DNA from: Myxococcota bacterium
Lineage (GTDB): Bacteria > Myxococcota_A > UBA796 > CAJQPC01
Assembly (NCBI GenBank): GCA_036229005.1
Contig: JAZAMN010000003.1
Location: 32,001-96,000 of the forward strand
Direction of reading: 5' to 3'
Length of the DNA stretch: 64,000 nucleotides
Shown here: piece by piece, positions 9,761 through 19,514 of the stretch
How the letters are laid out: each line of letters starts with the position of its first letter
How positions within the stretch are numbered: position 1 is the stretch's first letter
Notes under the pieces: model-generated
The model's database searches: none
Told to the model about the DNA's origin: nothing
Seen by the model: only the letters and a program-made list of their open reading frames with translations
Program-made: the position numbers and the translations under genes

Positions 9761-10939
9761 CTACTTCCTCCGCTCGATCTGAGCGATGAGGTCCTCCAGG
9801 CTCCCGCCCGCACCCCCATCCAGATCGACCACCCCATCACTCTGTGCACCCCGCGGCGCCGACGAGGACAGGCTGCCCATGTCCGGCGCGCGTTGCGTCG
9901 GGGCCAGGGGCGGCGGCTCCTCGAAGGCCGGCGGCGGGGGCTGGATCCTGGGCCGCACGAAGCTGCCGCGGCCCCCCAGCCAGCGCCGGTAGCGCTCCCA
10001 GCTCCACTGCCCGTCCTGGGCGCCGATCTCCATGAGCTGCTCGATCTTGTGGAGCTGGCCTTCACGGATGATGGCGCGGATGGCCGTCGTGGTGCGCAGG
10101 ATCTGGCACTCGGGCACCCGGAAGTCCAGGTTCGGGCGCCGCACCAGGCGCTGCGCCACCACGCCGACCAGGCTGCTGGCGAGCTGCACGCGAACGCCCG
10201 CCTGGGACTCCGGAGGGAAGCTGGAGATCAGCCGCTGCAGGGCCTCGCTGACGCTGCCGGCGTGCATGCTGGCCAGCACCAGGTGGCCGGTCTCCGCCGC
10301 GTCCAGGGTGAGCTGCATCGTGCGCGCGCGGCGCATCTCGCCGACCAGGATGACGTCCGGATCCTCGCGCATCGCGTCCAGCAGGCCCTGCTCGAAGCTG
10401 GGTGTGTGCCGCCCCACCTCGCGCTGGCGGACGAACGCGTGCTGGGTGCGGAATCGGTACTCGACCGGCTCCTCCAGCGTGAGAACGTGTCGGGCGGGGG
10501 GCCTGTCCAGCTCCTGGATCAGGGCCGCCAGGGTGCTGGACTTGCCCGAGCCCGTGGTGCCCACCACCAGCACCAGCCCATGGCGCACCGCTACGAGCCC
10601 CTCCAGATCGGGGTGCAGGTTCAGGCGCCCCAGGGAGGGCTGCCCTCCGCTGAGCAGCCTCACGGCCAGGCCAACCCCCCGCAGAGACTGCAGCAGGTTG
10701 ATGCGGCAGGCCACCCCCGCGATGCGCTGGGACAGGTCGTAGCTGCGGCGCTCCAGGAAGCGGGGCCACTCGCTGTCGGGGATCAGCCGGCGGGCCAGCT
10801 CGCGGGTCTGCTGGGCCGTGATGGGGCTCCCGCTGCGCTGCAGGCGCCCGTCCACGCGCACCGCGGCGGGCAGGCCGGGCTCCAGGTGCAGGTCGCTCGC
10901 GCCGGCAGCGTGGGCGCTCTGGATCAGGGCTTCAATCAT
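9761..10939 (-). CDS. PilT/PilU-family type IV pilus retraction ATPase paralogue
   Basis: ASDLHL, GTTGSGKSSTL, TLEEPVEY, REDPDVILVGEMR, AETGHLV and AIRAIIRE motifs. Confidence 0.92.
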   Translation of the reverse strand: MIEALIQSAHAAGASDLHLEPGLPAAVRVDGRLQRSGSPITAQQTRELARRLIPDSEWPRFLERRSYDLSQRIAGVACRINLLQSLRGVGLAVRLLSGGQPSLGRLNLHPDLEGLVAVRHGLVLVVGTTGSGKSSTLAALIQELDRPPARHVLTLEEPVEYRFRTQHAFVRQREVGRHTPSFEQGLLDAMREDPDVILVGEMRRARTMQLTLDAAETGHLVLASMHAGSVSEALQRLISSFPPESQAGVRVQLASSLVGVVAQRLVRRPNLDFRVPECQILRTTTAIRAIIREGQLHKIEQLMEIGAQDGQWSWERYRRWLGGRGSFVRPRIQPPPPAFEEPPPLAPTQRAPDMGSLSSSAPRGAQSDGVVDLDGGAGGSLEDLIAQIERRK

Positions 10940-11076
10940 CACGGGGCTCCGGTCTGGGCAGTGTTTCGCCACTCCGGCTCCATTGTTTCACCCAGAGGCC
11001 CGCCGCTTCAGGAGCTGGACAGAGACAGCCTGTCCTCGCTGGGGCTGCGCCGGCGTGTACGCAGGCGCCTGAATCG

Positions 11077-11133
11077 TGTTGCGACTGAGTTGCTCAAGGC
11101 CTGGGAGGTGTTTATCACGACCGAATCGCAACA
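11077..11133. promoter_or_regulatory. Two operator-like boxes resembling TTGCGA-N5-TCGCAA upstream of the TonB-dependent receptor; candidate Fur-family (Fur/Zur/Mur) sites
   Basis: TGTTGCGACTGAGTTGCTCA and TCACGACCGAATCGCAACA; outer 8-bp perfect inverted repeat TGTTGCGA/TCGCAACA in an AT-richer patch. Confidence 0.5.
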
Positions 11134-11135
11134 AG

Positions 11136-13493
11136 ATGCTCTCCCTCCTCCCACTGCTGCTCGCTCAAGAACCGCTGACGGTGGCCCCCTCGCTGCTGCA
11201 GCCGGTGACCCCCGCTTATCCCAGCGACGCGGGCGAGGCCTCCGGGACGGTGCTCGTGCAGGTGGACGTTGACGCGCAGGGCCAGGTGGTCGGTGTGCGG
11301 GTGGTGTCCGGGCCCGAGGTCTTTCGCCCCGCCGCAGAGGCGGCCGCCTGGCAGCTCCACTTCTCACCGGGGTCCCAGGAGGGGGAGCCGGTCGCGGTGG
11401 CGGATCTGCCGGTGACCTTCCACTTCGCGCCGCCCCATGACCCCCACGAGCACGACGCCATGCTGGTCGTCGAGGCCGAGCGCTTCGAGCACCTGCACCC
11501 CCAGCCGGTGGCCGAGCTCGATGAACAGGACCTGGCCCAGACCCGCGGACAGGACCTGGGGGCCACCCTGGAGCAGCTCCCCGGGGTGACGCGGGCAGCG
11601 GGCACCGGAGACACCTCCAAGCCCATGATCCGGGGGCAGACAGAGCGGCGCCTGTTGCTGCTGGTGGACGGCGTCCCGCACGCCTCGCAGAAGTGGGGCC
11701 AGGACCACGCGCCTGAGATCGACCCCTTCGCCGCCGGCACGGTCGAGGTGCTCATGGGCGCGGCCGGGGTGCGCTACGGGCCCGAGGCGATCGGCGGGGT
11801 GGTGATGCTCAAGCCGCCCGAGCTGCTTGGGGGACCGGGGGTCTACGGCCACGCGGACCTGGCGCTCACCGACAACGGCCGACAGGGCTACGCGGCGGCA
11901 CGGCTGGACGGCGGGATCGGCTCGAACTGGGCGTGGCGGGTGGAAGGCAACCTGCGCAGCAGCGGGGATCTGTCGGCGCCGGACTACCTGCTGGGCAACA
12001 CGGCCTCGCGGGTGTGGAACGCGGGCGGGCAGCTCGCGTGGACGGGCGCCAGCACCACCCTGCGCCTGAGCCTGAGCCACTACGACCAGATCTCCGGCGT
12101 GTTCTATGGGGTGCAGGTGAGCGACCTGGGGGCGCTGGGGGAGGGGACCGTGCCCACCGGCGCCAAGGGCTGGAGCTTCGACCGCCAGTGGGAGCGCCCC
12201 TATCAGCGTGTCCAGCACGAGCGGGTGCTGCTGCACTGGGACCAGGAGCTGCCCGTGGGCGAGCTGCGCACGGTGGGGGCCATGCAGCTCAACCACCGGC
12301 AGGAGTTCGACACTGTCCGGCAGGACACCGGCAGCGCCCAGTTCGACTTCCTGCTCCAGACCTGGAGCCTGGAGAGCGCCTGGGTGCAGCCCAGCCTGAG
12401 CCTGGGGGACTGGGAGCTGGAGGGCGAGCAGGGCGTGAGTGGAAACCTGGCGCTGAACGCCTACTCCGGCCTCCCGTTGGTCCCCAACTACGCCTCCCGC
12501 AACCTGGGCGCCTACAGCCTCCAGCGCCTGGGCAACGCCCGCATGCACATCGAGGCGGGGCTGCGCGGCGACTGGATGGCCCGCCGCAGCTACCTGACCG
12601 ACCAGGCCTACGCCCGCCACGAGAACGCGGGCACCCTGGAGGACGGGGTCTGCACCCTCTCCGATGACATCGCCACCTGCGACCACCGCTGGGCCGGCCT
12701 GAGCGCCAGCGCCGGGGTCAACTGGCACGCCGTCCTCGACACGCTGGAGCTGCGCGTGGACCTGTCCCGCGCCACCCGCTTCCCCAGCGCCGACGAGCAG
12801 TTCATGAACGGCGTGGCCCCCACCATGCCCGTCTACGCACTCGGGGATCCCAGCCTCCCTCTGGAGAAGGCGTGGACCCTGAACCCCTCACTGGGATCGG
12901 ATCTGGGATGGCTCCGCCTGGAGATCTCCCCCTACCTCCAGCACATCCAGGACTACGTCTACTTCGCGCCGGTGGTCTCCGACGGCGAGGTCACCGTGGA
13001 CGTGACCGTGCGCGGCGCCTTCCCCCGCTACAGCTACCGCTCCGTGGACGCCCGCTTCGTGGGCATCGACGGCAGCCTGGCCATCCTGCCCACGCCCACC
13101 CTGGAGCTGGAGCTCGCCGGGGCCGCGGTGCGGGCGCACGACACCGCGCTGGACCAGACCCTGGTCGGGCTGCCCGGCGACTCGGCGCACCTCGCTGTCG
13201 CCTGGATGCCCCCCTTGGGTGGTCTGAGGGACTTCCGGGTCCAGGTGGTGGGCCGCGCGGTGGCGCAGGCCAAGGTCGATCCCGGCCTCGACCTCGCGGC
13301 CACTCCCCAGGGCTACCAGGTGCTGGACGCGAACCTGGGGCTCACCCTGCCCAGCTACCGCAAGGACTGGCGCCTCTCGCTGAGCGGCCAGAACCTGCTG
13401 AACACCCCTACCCGAGACGCGACGGGATTGCTTCGGTACTACGCCGACAACCCGGGGCGTCGCATCACCCTGCGCGCGAGCGTGGACTTCTGA
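11136..13493 (+). CDS. TonB C-terminal domain fused to a TonB-dependent receptor
   Basis: PAYP...GTVLVQVDVDAQGQV TonB_C; plug LEQLPGV...KPMIRG...YGPEAIGGVV; barrel ends QNLLN...PGRRITLRASVDF with terminal Phe. Confidence 0.93.
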   Translation: MLSLLPLLLAQEPLTVAPSLLQPVTPAYPSDAGEASGTVLVQVDVDAQGQVVGVRVVSGPEVFRPAAEAAAWQLHFSPGSQEGEPVAVADLPVTFHFAPPHDPHEHDAMLVVEAERFEHLHPQPVAELDEQDLAQTRGQDLGATLEQLPGVTRAAGTGDTSKPMIRGQTERRLLLLVDGVPHASQKWGQDHAPEIDPFAAGTVEVLMGAAGVRYGPEAIGGVVMLKPPELLGGPGVYGHADLALTDNGRQGYAAARLDGGIGSNWAWRVEGNLRSSGDLSAPDYLLGNTASRVWNAGGQLAWTGASTTLRLSLSHYDQISGVFYGVQVSDLGALGEGTVPTGAKGWSFDRQWERPYQRVQHERVLLHWDQELPVGELRTVGAMQLNHRQEFDTVRQDTGSAQFDFLLQTWSLESAWVQPSLSLGDWELEGEQGVSGNLALNAYSGLPLVPNYASRNLGAYSLQRLGNARMHIEAGLRGDWMARRSYLTDQAYARHENAGTLEDGVCTLSDDIATCDHRWAGLSASAGVNWHAVLDTLELRVDLSRATRFPSADEQFMNGVAPTMPVYALGDPSLPLEKAWTLNPSLGSDLGWLRLEISPYLQHIQDYVYFAPVVSDGEVTVDVTVRGAFPRYSYRSVDARFVGIDGSLAILPTPTLELELAGAAVRAHDTALDQTLVGLPGDSAHLAVAWMPPLGGLRDFRVQVVGRAVAQAKVDPGLDLAATPQGYQVLDANLGLTLPSYRKDWRLSLSGQNLLNTPTRDATGLLRYYADNPGRRITLRASVDF

Positions 13494-13503
13494 GGAGACC
13501 CCC

Positions 13504-14097
13504 ATGTCCCTGTTGCTGCTGGCCCTTGGCTGCGTGAACCCCTCGAACCCGGACGAGGAGAACGAAGAGGAGCTGATCACCACGGTGATCCTGGAGGCCA
13601 CCGACGCCTCGGGTGGCGTGATCTCCGCCACCTGGGAGGACCTGGAGTCCGACGGGAACCCCACGGTCGACGACCTCATCCTGATGGACGGCGTGGACTA
13701 CACCCTGAGCGTGCGCTTCCTGAACAACCTGGAGGACCCCGCCGAGGAGATCACCACCGAGGTGCAGGAGGAGGGGGACCACCACCAGCTCTTCTTCACG
13801 GGCAACGCGGTGGAGGGCGCCGCCACCGGCGAGAACCCCGACGCGGTCATCACCCAGGAGTACGCCGACGCCGACGAGAACGGCCTGCCCATCGGCCTGG
13901 AGAACAACATCTCCGCGGTCATGGAGGGCAGCGAGACCCTGATGGTGACCCTGCAGCACCTGCCTGACCAGGACGGCGTGGCCGTGAAGGTCGCCGGCCT
14001 GGAGGACGACGTCGCCGCCGGCTCGCTCTCCGACCTGCCCGGCAGCTCCGACGTGCAGGTGGAGTTCACGGTGGAGGTCGCCAGCGCCCCGCAGTAG
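13504..14097 (+). CDS. Acidic lipoprotein associated with TonB receptor (EEELITTV family)
   Basis: Lipobox ALGC; EEELITTV, EEGDHHQLFF, DADENGLPIGL, TLQHLP motifs; AGGAG RBS. Confidence 0.8.
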   Translation: MSLLLLALGCVNPSNPDEENEEELITTVILEATDASGGVISATWEDLESDGNPTVDDLILMDGVDYTLSVRFLNNLEDPAEEITTEVQEEGDHHQLFFTGNAVEGAATGENPDAVITQEYADADENGLPIGLENNISAVMEGSETLMVTLQHLPDQDGVAVKVAGLEDDVAAGSLSDLPGSSDVQVEFTVEVASAPQ

Positions 14098-14106
14098 TTT
14101 GGGGGC

Positions 14107-15393
14107 ATGCTTTCGCTCCTGAGCACCGTGGTCCTGGCCGCGCCCCAAGATGGGCTCCCCGCGGCTGGGTTCTGTGACACGCCCTTGGCGCTGGAGGTCC
14201 TGCGTGGTCGCGCGCAGGCCTCCCACCCGGGCATGCTCCTCCCGCCGGGGGGCGCCGGGGACGTGTCACCCCCGCCAATGGCGGACCGGGCCTTCAACGG
14301 CAGCCCCTACGCGCTGCACCAGGAGACCGAGCACTTCACGATCAACTGGTTCGACGAGGCGCTCCCGCAGCCGGCCGTGAACCTGGCCGCGGAGGCCCTG
14401 GAGCAGGCCTGGACCGCGTTCATCGACGAGCAGGGCTGGCCGGAGCCCGTCAGCAGCGACCGCTACTACCTGTGGGTGCTGCTGGACCCCAGCCTGGGGG
14501 AAACCACCGGCTACACCGTCGAGTTCTTCGATGACCAGTACGCCGACGGCTACCCGGTGATCTACCTGAACCCGGACTGGATCTCGCACCCCGACTTCTA
14601 CCGGGCGCTCGCGGCCCACGAGTTCATGCACGCCATCCAGTTCGCCATGCGCGACTGGAGCGAGCAGGACTCCGAGCAGAGCTGGTACTGGGAGGCCAGC
14701 GCGAACCACGCCAGCGAGCTCGCGGGGCCCGACTGGGACGGCCACCAATACACCTCGGCCTGGTACGCCGAGCAGGCGCAGCTCCGCTTTGACTCCGAGG
14801 TGGGCGCGCACCACTACGGGATGTTCGTGCTCAACGCGTACCTGGAGGACCAGCTCGGCCCGGGGACGATGAAGGGGATCTGGGAGCAGGCCGCCGCCGA
14901 CCCCAACACCCAGAGCTGGGACCTGCTGATCACCCAGGCCACAGATCTCCCCGCAGACGAGGTCATCGCCAGCTTCTCCGCCGCGTACGCCAATGGCCTG
15001 CTGCCCGAGTCTGCGCTCTACACCCCCATGACCGGTGAGGGCGACTACGCCGCCGGCCTGGGCGGCACCCTGGACACCCTGGGCTCACACGCCTGGACGG
15101 CGCCGGAGGCCGGCTGGATCCAGGTCGAAGGTCCGGCCCTTCTGGGCGCCGTGGACGGCCAGACCGGCACCACCATCTGGGCGGAGGCGGGCAGCGCGTT
15201 CACGGTCACGGGCCTGGAGGACGGCGCCGTCTACACCCTGTCCGAGGGCACAGCGCCGGACACCGGAGAGCCTGGAGACCCCGAAAAGGGGTGCGGCGGC
15301 TGCGCCGCGGGTGGTGGCCCCGGTTGGCTGCTCGGCGCGCTCGGGTTGATGTTTGTGCGGCGCCGCAAGATCAGGGTTGACCGCCGGGCTTGA
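14107..15393 (+). CDS. Secreted HEXXH metalloprotease-like protein with MYXO-CTERM sorting tail
   Basis: AHEFMHAIQ plus WYWEASA; tail KGCGGCAAGGGPGWLLGALGLMFVRRRK. Confidence 0.82.
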   Translation: MLSLLSTVVLAAPQDGLPAAGFCDTPLALEVLRGRAQASHPGMLLPPGGAGDVSPPPMADRAFNGSPYALHQETEHFTINWFDEALPQPAVNLAAEALEQAWTAFIDEQGWPEPVSSDRYYLWVLLDPSLGETTGYTVEFFDDQYADGYPVIYLNPDWISHPDFYRALAAHEFMHAIQFAMRDWSEQDSEQSWYWEASANHASELAGPDWDGHQYTSAWYAEQAQLRFDSEVGAHHYGMFVLNAYLEDQLGPGTMKGIWEQAAADPNTQSWDLLITQATDLPADEVIASFSAAYANGLLPESALYTPMTGEGDYAAGLGGTLDTLGSHAWTAPEAGWIQVEGPALLGAVDGQTGTTIWAEAGSAFTVTGLEDGAVYTLSEGTAPDTGEPGDPEKGCGGCAAGGGPGWLLGALGLMFVRRRKIRVDRRA

Positions 15394-16081
15394 GCTCCAC
15401 GCCCTCGCTGCGGACGGCCTCCAGGAAGCCCTCCAGGGTGTTCACGCCCCGGGGCTCGAAGTGCTCGTCGAGCACCTGGATACGGGCCATGCGGTCCACG
15501 CGGAAGTTGCGGTAGGCCTGACGCAGGGTGCACCAGGCGCCCAGGGTCCAGCGGTTGGTCCACAGCCAGAGGCCGATGGGGTGGATGCGCCGGGTGGTGG
15601 GCTTCCCATCGCGGTCCAGGTAGTCGAACTCCAGCACGCGGTGCTGCCCGATGGCCTCGCGGATCTGGACGATCGCGTCGGAGGTGTCGTCCTCCAGGCG
15701 GGCCGGGAAGGCGTGCAGAGGGGTGCGCTCCAGCCAGTCCCGCTGCCCCGGGGGGAGGGCAGCGGCGAGCTTGTCCAGGGCGCTGCGGGCGCCGGCGCGC
15801 AGGTTGGCGTCCCCCCAGCGGGAGGCCATGCGCGCGCCGAACACCAGGGCCTGCACCTCGTCCAGGTCGAACATGATGGGGGGCAGCTCGCCGCCGCGCT
15901 CCAGGCGGTAGCCCACCCCGGCCTCTCCCCGGATGGGCACCCCGCTGTCGATGAGATCCCGGACGTCTCGGTAGATGGTGCGCTCGCTGACCTCCAGGTG
16001 CTCGGCAAGCTCCTTGGCCGTCGCGGCGCGGCGGCGGCGCAGGGTGGCGAGCAGGCGGTAGAGGCGGTCAGCGCGGCGCAT
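15371..16081 (-). CDS. YafY-family HTH-WYL transcriptional regulator
   Basis: MRRADRL, LEVSERTIYRD, GEAGVGY, WTLGAWCTLRQAYRNFRVDRM. Confidence 0.95.
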   Translation of the reverse strand: MRRADRLYRLLATLRRRRAATAKELAEHLEVSERTIYRDVRDLIDSGVPIRGEAGVGYRLERGGELPPIMFDLDEVQALVFGARMASRWGDANLRAGARSALDKLAAALPPGQRDWLERTPLHAFPARLEDDTSDAIVQIREAIGQHRVLEFDYLDRDGKPTTRRIHPIGLWLWTNRWTLGAWCTLRQAYRNFRVDRMARIQVLDEHFEPRGVNTLEGFLEAVRSEGVELKPGGQP

Positions 16082-16087
16082 GGGGGC

Positions 16088-16513
16088 TCAGCCTTGGTCT
16101 GCAGGCGTCTCGGGGATGACGTGGAAGAAGTCCAGCATGACACCTGCGGGGTCCTGGATCTGCAGGGAGCGCCAGGCCCAGGGCTTGTCGCTGGCGGGGG
16201 CCATCAGCGGGATCCCCTTGGCCTCCAGGCGCTGCTGCAGCACGTCCACATCTCCGACGGGGATGGAGAGCATGAACCCCTCGGTGGGCTTGCCCTGGGG
16301 CGAGGGCATGGTGGTGAAGCAGAGCTGCGGGCCTGCGTGCTTGCGCGGGGTCAGGTGGACCTGCAGGTAGAGCTCGCGGTCGAACATGGCCTCCAGGCCC
16401 AGGGTGTTCAGGTAGAACTCGCGCAGGGGAGCCAGGTCCTTGACGAACACCAGGGGGTAGCCGTCGGGCAGGTTGGTGGGGAGGTCGGCGCGGGCGGGGA
16501 TGTCGGTGATCAC
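16088..16513 (-). CDS. VOC (glyoxalase/bleomycin resistance) family protein
   Basis: VKDL...EFYLNTLGL, VGDVD, DKPWAWRSLQIQDPAG; AAGGA RBS before GTG. Confidence 0.88.
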   Translation of the reverse strand: MITDIPARADLPTNLPDGYPLVFVKDLAPLREFYLNTLGLEAMFDRELYLQVHLTPRKHAGPQLCFTTMPSPQGKPTEGFMLSIPVGDVDVLQQRLEAKGIPLMAPASDKPWAWRSLQIQDPAGVMLDFFHVIPETPADQG

Positions 16514-16582
16514 TTGGGTCGTCCTTGGTGTTTTGTGAAGCGTCGTAGGCGTTCGCTTCCGACACCAGGAATGTAGGACCCC

Positions 16583-16647
16583 CTCCTGACAGAACATGGC
16601 AGGAGCCTGGCAGGAGGGCCCGGGCTGCTGACAGCATGGTGTCAGGA
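16583..16647. promoter_or_regulatory. Two palindromic CTGACA-N5/6-TG(T/G)CAG operators upstream of the VOC-WYL operon
   Basis: CTCCTGACAGAACATGGCAGGAG (16583-16605) and CTGACAGCATGGTGTCAG (16628-16645). Confidence 0.7.
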
Positions 16648-16666
16648 GGGATCCGGGCGCTCGGGC

Positions 16667-18331
16667 TCAGAGGGTCTTGAGGAACTCGATCAGGGCCAGC
16701 CTGTCCTCGTCGGTGAACACGAGCTCCCCATCGGGGCCGTAGAGCATCGAGGTGTGGCCTTGGTTGGACAGACCAGCCTGGGACACGTCAAAGCCCGCGT
16801 CCTCCACCTCCAGCCAATGCTCGGGGATCGCATCTCCGGTGGGGTAGCCCACGCAGTCCGCGTCAAAGTCGGTCTCAGGGTCCTGCGCCGGGCCCTGGAC
16901 AAAGAAGCTGGGGCGCTGCTCGACGGGGGACAGCAGGGCGCACAGGGTGGGGGCCGCGTTGTTGTGCAGGTAGGGGTAGCGGGCCCAGATGCCGTCCAGG
17001 GGTGGGGGGACGTAGCCTTCGCCGCCCTGCACGATGGTCTCCATGGCCTGGGAGATGGCCAGGTCGTTGAGGTCTTCGAGCGCGGTCATGCCCTGGGCGC
17101 GGCCGGGGTCGGTGCCCACGTCAAAGCGCGGGGTGGCGCCGTGGTAGAGCAGCCCGGTGGTCTGGATCTGCTCGGCGGGGGTGCCGCTGCTGTCGAGATC
17201 CCAGCCCTTCTCGTAGCTGCCGTGGCAGGCGCTGCAGTGCTGCTCGAAGAGGGCCTGGCCGGTCTTGGCCTGCTCCAGGTCGATGCTGTCGGCGCCGAAC
17301 CAGTCCTCCCAGCGGGGGGAGGGCGTGGCGAACACGGCGACGGTGAGCTCGTCCACCACGCGCTCGTTGTCCACGAGCCAGGTCTCCAGGCGCTCCAGGT
17401 CTGTGCCGCGGCCCAGCTCGTTCCACAGGAAGTTGGTGAGGATGGGGTTGCCCTGCACGATGCTGCCGTCGGCCAACCACGTGGTCTTGTAGCGCAGGGT
17501 CCACCACGGAGTGGGCTTGGAGTCGGCGACGAGGTCGTCGAGGATGGAGTCGCGCGGGTTGTACTGGGCGCTGGTGTCGAAGCTGGCGTAGGGGTCCTGG
17601 CCGCGCTTCTGGAGGGAGAGGTGGACCTGGGCCAGCGAGGTGTCCAGGCCCAACACCACGGGATCCTTGGTGCCCACGGAGCCGATGGCGGTGACCATCT
17701 CCTGGTAGAGCTGGACCTCGTCGTCGGTGGCGCCGGAGAGGTCCTGGAACACGTCGGCGGGGACGGTGGGCAGGACCTCGGAGGCCAGGGTGAAGAAGGC
17801 GTTGGGGCGGGCGGTCTTGTTGCCGATGCCGACCACGGTCTGGCCGAAGAGCTCGGTGGCGTGGCAGGCCGCGCAGGAGAACACCAGGGCCTCGCCCAGC
17901 TCGGTGTCCACGACGGCGGCGCCCATGGGGTCCCCAGGCTGCAGGCCGTTGGGCAGGGGCACGCCATCTTCCGGGATGGGGGGCAGGCCGAGCTGCTCGT
18001 AGAGCTCGTCCATGGTGCCGAAGCCGGCGACCTGGCGGGTCAGGCCCTGGATGGTGGCGTTGTCGGGGTTGTCCAGCAGCTCCACCAGGGGGCGGTAGGG
18101 CATGCGCAGGGAGCTGACCGAGACCGGCCAGACCATCACGTGCTCCAGGCCGGCCCAGCGGGCGGTCTCCAGGTCCTCCGGGGAGAGCGCGTAGATGTTG
18201 GCCCGGTCCGTCCCGGGCTCCACCCAGGCGTCCTGGGACCAGTCGGCGGCGAGGTTGTCGCACACGCCGTCTTGGTTCATGTCGAGACCCAGGCAGGGGT
18301 CCTGGGCGCAGGCGGTCAGGAGCAGCAGCAT
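16667..18331 (-). CDS. Diheme c-type cytochrome lipoprotein, RoxA (rubber oxygenase)/MauG-like
   Basis: Lipobox LTAC; CAACH and CSACH; GYVPPPLDGIWARYPYLHN; SNQGH...LIEFLKTL terminus. Confidence 0.8.
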   Translation of the reverse strand: MLLLLTACAQDPCLGLDMNQDGVCDNLAADWSQDAWVEPGTDRANIYALSPEDLETARWAGLEHVMVWPVSVSSLRMPYRPLVELLDNPDNATIQGLTRQVAGFGTMDELYEQLGLPPIPEDGVPLPNGLQPGDPMGAAVVDTELGEALVFSCAACHATELFGQTVVGIGNKTARPNAFFTLASEVLPTVPADVFQDLSGATDDEVQLYQEMVTAIGSVGTKDPVVLGLDTSLAQVHLSLQKRGQDPYASFDTSAQYNPRDSILDDLVADSKPTPWWTLRYKTTWLADGSIVQGNPILTNFLWNELGRGTDLERLETWLVDNERVVDELTVAVFATPSPRWEDWFGADSIDLEQAKTGQALFEQHCSACHGSYEKGWDLDSSGTPAEQIQTTGLLYHGATPRFDVGTDPGRAQGMTALEDLNDLAISQAMETIVQGGEGYVPPPLDGIWARYPYLHNNAAPTLCALLSPVEQRPSFFVQGPAQDPETDFDADCVGYPTGDAIPEHWLEVEDAGFDVSQAGLSNQGHTSMLYGPDGELVFTDEDRLALIEFLKTL

Positions 18332-18381
18332 GTCGGGAGTCTAACCCCGCTCTGGCCGCGCTCAGCCCCTGGGGCGGTCTG

Positions 18382-18939
18382 TCAGTGCAGCCACTCCACG
18401 CCGGCCAGGCGGTCGATGCGCTCCAGGCAGGCTTGCAGCGGGAGGGACAGGTCGTCGGCGTCCAGCACAGCCTGCAGGTCCGCGATCTCCAGGGCCCGGG
18501 CCATGCCGTAGACGGCCAGGTGGGGGTCGCTGAGCTCGGGGAGCTTGAGGCGCTCTCGCTGGGCGCCGTAGAGCGCCAGGATCGCCTCGTGGGTGTCGGG
18601 CTCGCAGCTCGCGGGGGCGGCGGTGCACAGGCCCTGCAGGCTGAGCATCTGCGGGCTCACGCCCACCAGCTTGACGCGCTGCAGTCCCACCAAGGTCACG
18701 GCCAGGGCGCTGGCGTCGGGCTGGACATCGTCGACCTCGGCCGTGCAGCCGTAGACAAAGAACTCTTCGGCCTGCCGCGGGCGCGCGTTGGTGGCCTGCC
18801 GCTGTTGGACCACCACCAGACCGTCTCCCGACTGGCCGAGCGCCTGGACACTGCCGGGTCTCCCGACCCGGATCTCCATCCGAGCGCCCGGCAGCAGGCA
18901 GGCCTCGCGTAGCGGGAGCAGCGGCAAGCGCTCGGTCAT
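18382..18939 (-). CDS. Stand-alone Lon protease N-terminal (substrate-binding) domain protein
   Basis: LPLLPLREACLLPG...IRVGRPGSVQAL, YGCTAEV, VGLQRV; no AAA+ or protease domain. Confidence 0.8.
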   Translation of the reverse strand: MTERLPLLPLREACLLPGARMEIRVGRPGSVQALGQSGDGLVVVQQRQATNARPRQAEEFFVYGCTAEVDDVQPDASALAVTLVGLQRVKLVGVSPQMLSLQGLCTAAPASCEPDTHEAILALYGAQRERLKLPELSDPHLAVYGMARALEIADLQAVLDADDLSLPLQACLERIDRLAGVEWLH

Positions 18940-19061
18940 CGGTGCACAGTAGAGATGGGACAAGGTGTTCTCAATGCGGCCTGGGGGCGGGTGGACAGGG
19001 TGCCGCTCCCTTGGATGCCTGGATCATAGGGTCGATCCGGCGCGCATGCGATTTCATGCCC

Positions 19062-19496
19062 TTACGGGGAGGCGGTCCTTGGGGCCTCGAAGCCCGCGAG
19101 CAAGGCCTCTGCCTCCTCCATGAGATCCCAGTAGCGATGCAGCCAGTCCTCGATCCGGTCGACCGATTCCACGGGTACGGAGAGCCACTCGGCCAGGCGG
19201 TGCACCCGTTCCCGCTCCGCCTCGCTGAAGTCCCCGTCAATACAGGCCAGGACGATGCAGTCGCGCAGGATCACGCGGCGCGTGGTCTCCGAGAGCCCGG
19301 GGTCCACCGGAGGAAGCGTCTGCAGGGGTCGCTCCAGCAGCTCGGTGGCGTCTACGTCCAAGAGCGCCCCGCGGAGCAGGATGTAGTCCCGCTCTTCGGC
19401 GGTCATGCCGTCCACAAGGGCTTGGGCCACAAGCAGGCGCAGGTAGGTGTGGGGGTCGAAGTCCTGGATCAGGCTCAGGCCGGGGTGTCTTGCCAT
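19062..19496 (-). CDS. TerB-family protein
   Basis: Two repeats, ALVDGMTAEER and ACIDGDFSEAERERVHRLAEWL. Confidence 0.8.
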   Translation of the reverse strand: MARHPGLSLIQDFDPHTYLRLLVAQALVDGMTAEERDYILLRGALLDVDATELLERPLQTLPPVDPGLSETTRRVILRDCIVLACIDGDFSEAERERVHRLAEWLSVPVESVDRIEDWLHRYWDLMEEAEALLAGFEAPRTASP

Positions 19497-19514
19497 GGGC
19501 AGGGTCTACCACGC

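Noticed and set aside
18971..19057. Possible 28-aa ORF (MKSHARRIDPMIQ...) between TerB and Lon-N genes
   Set aside because: No recognisable features and weak coding signal
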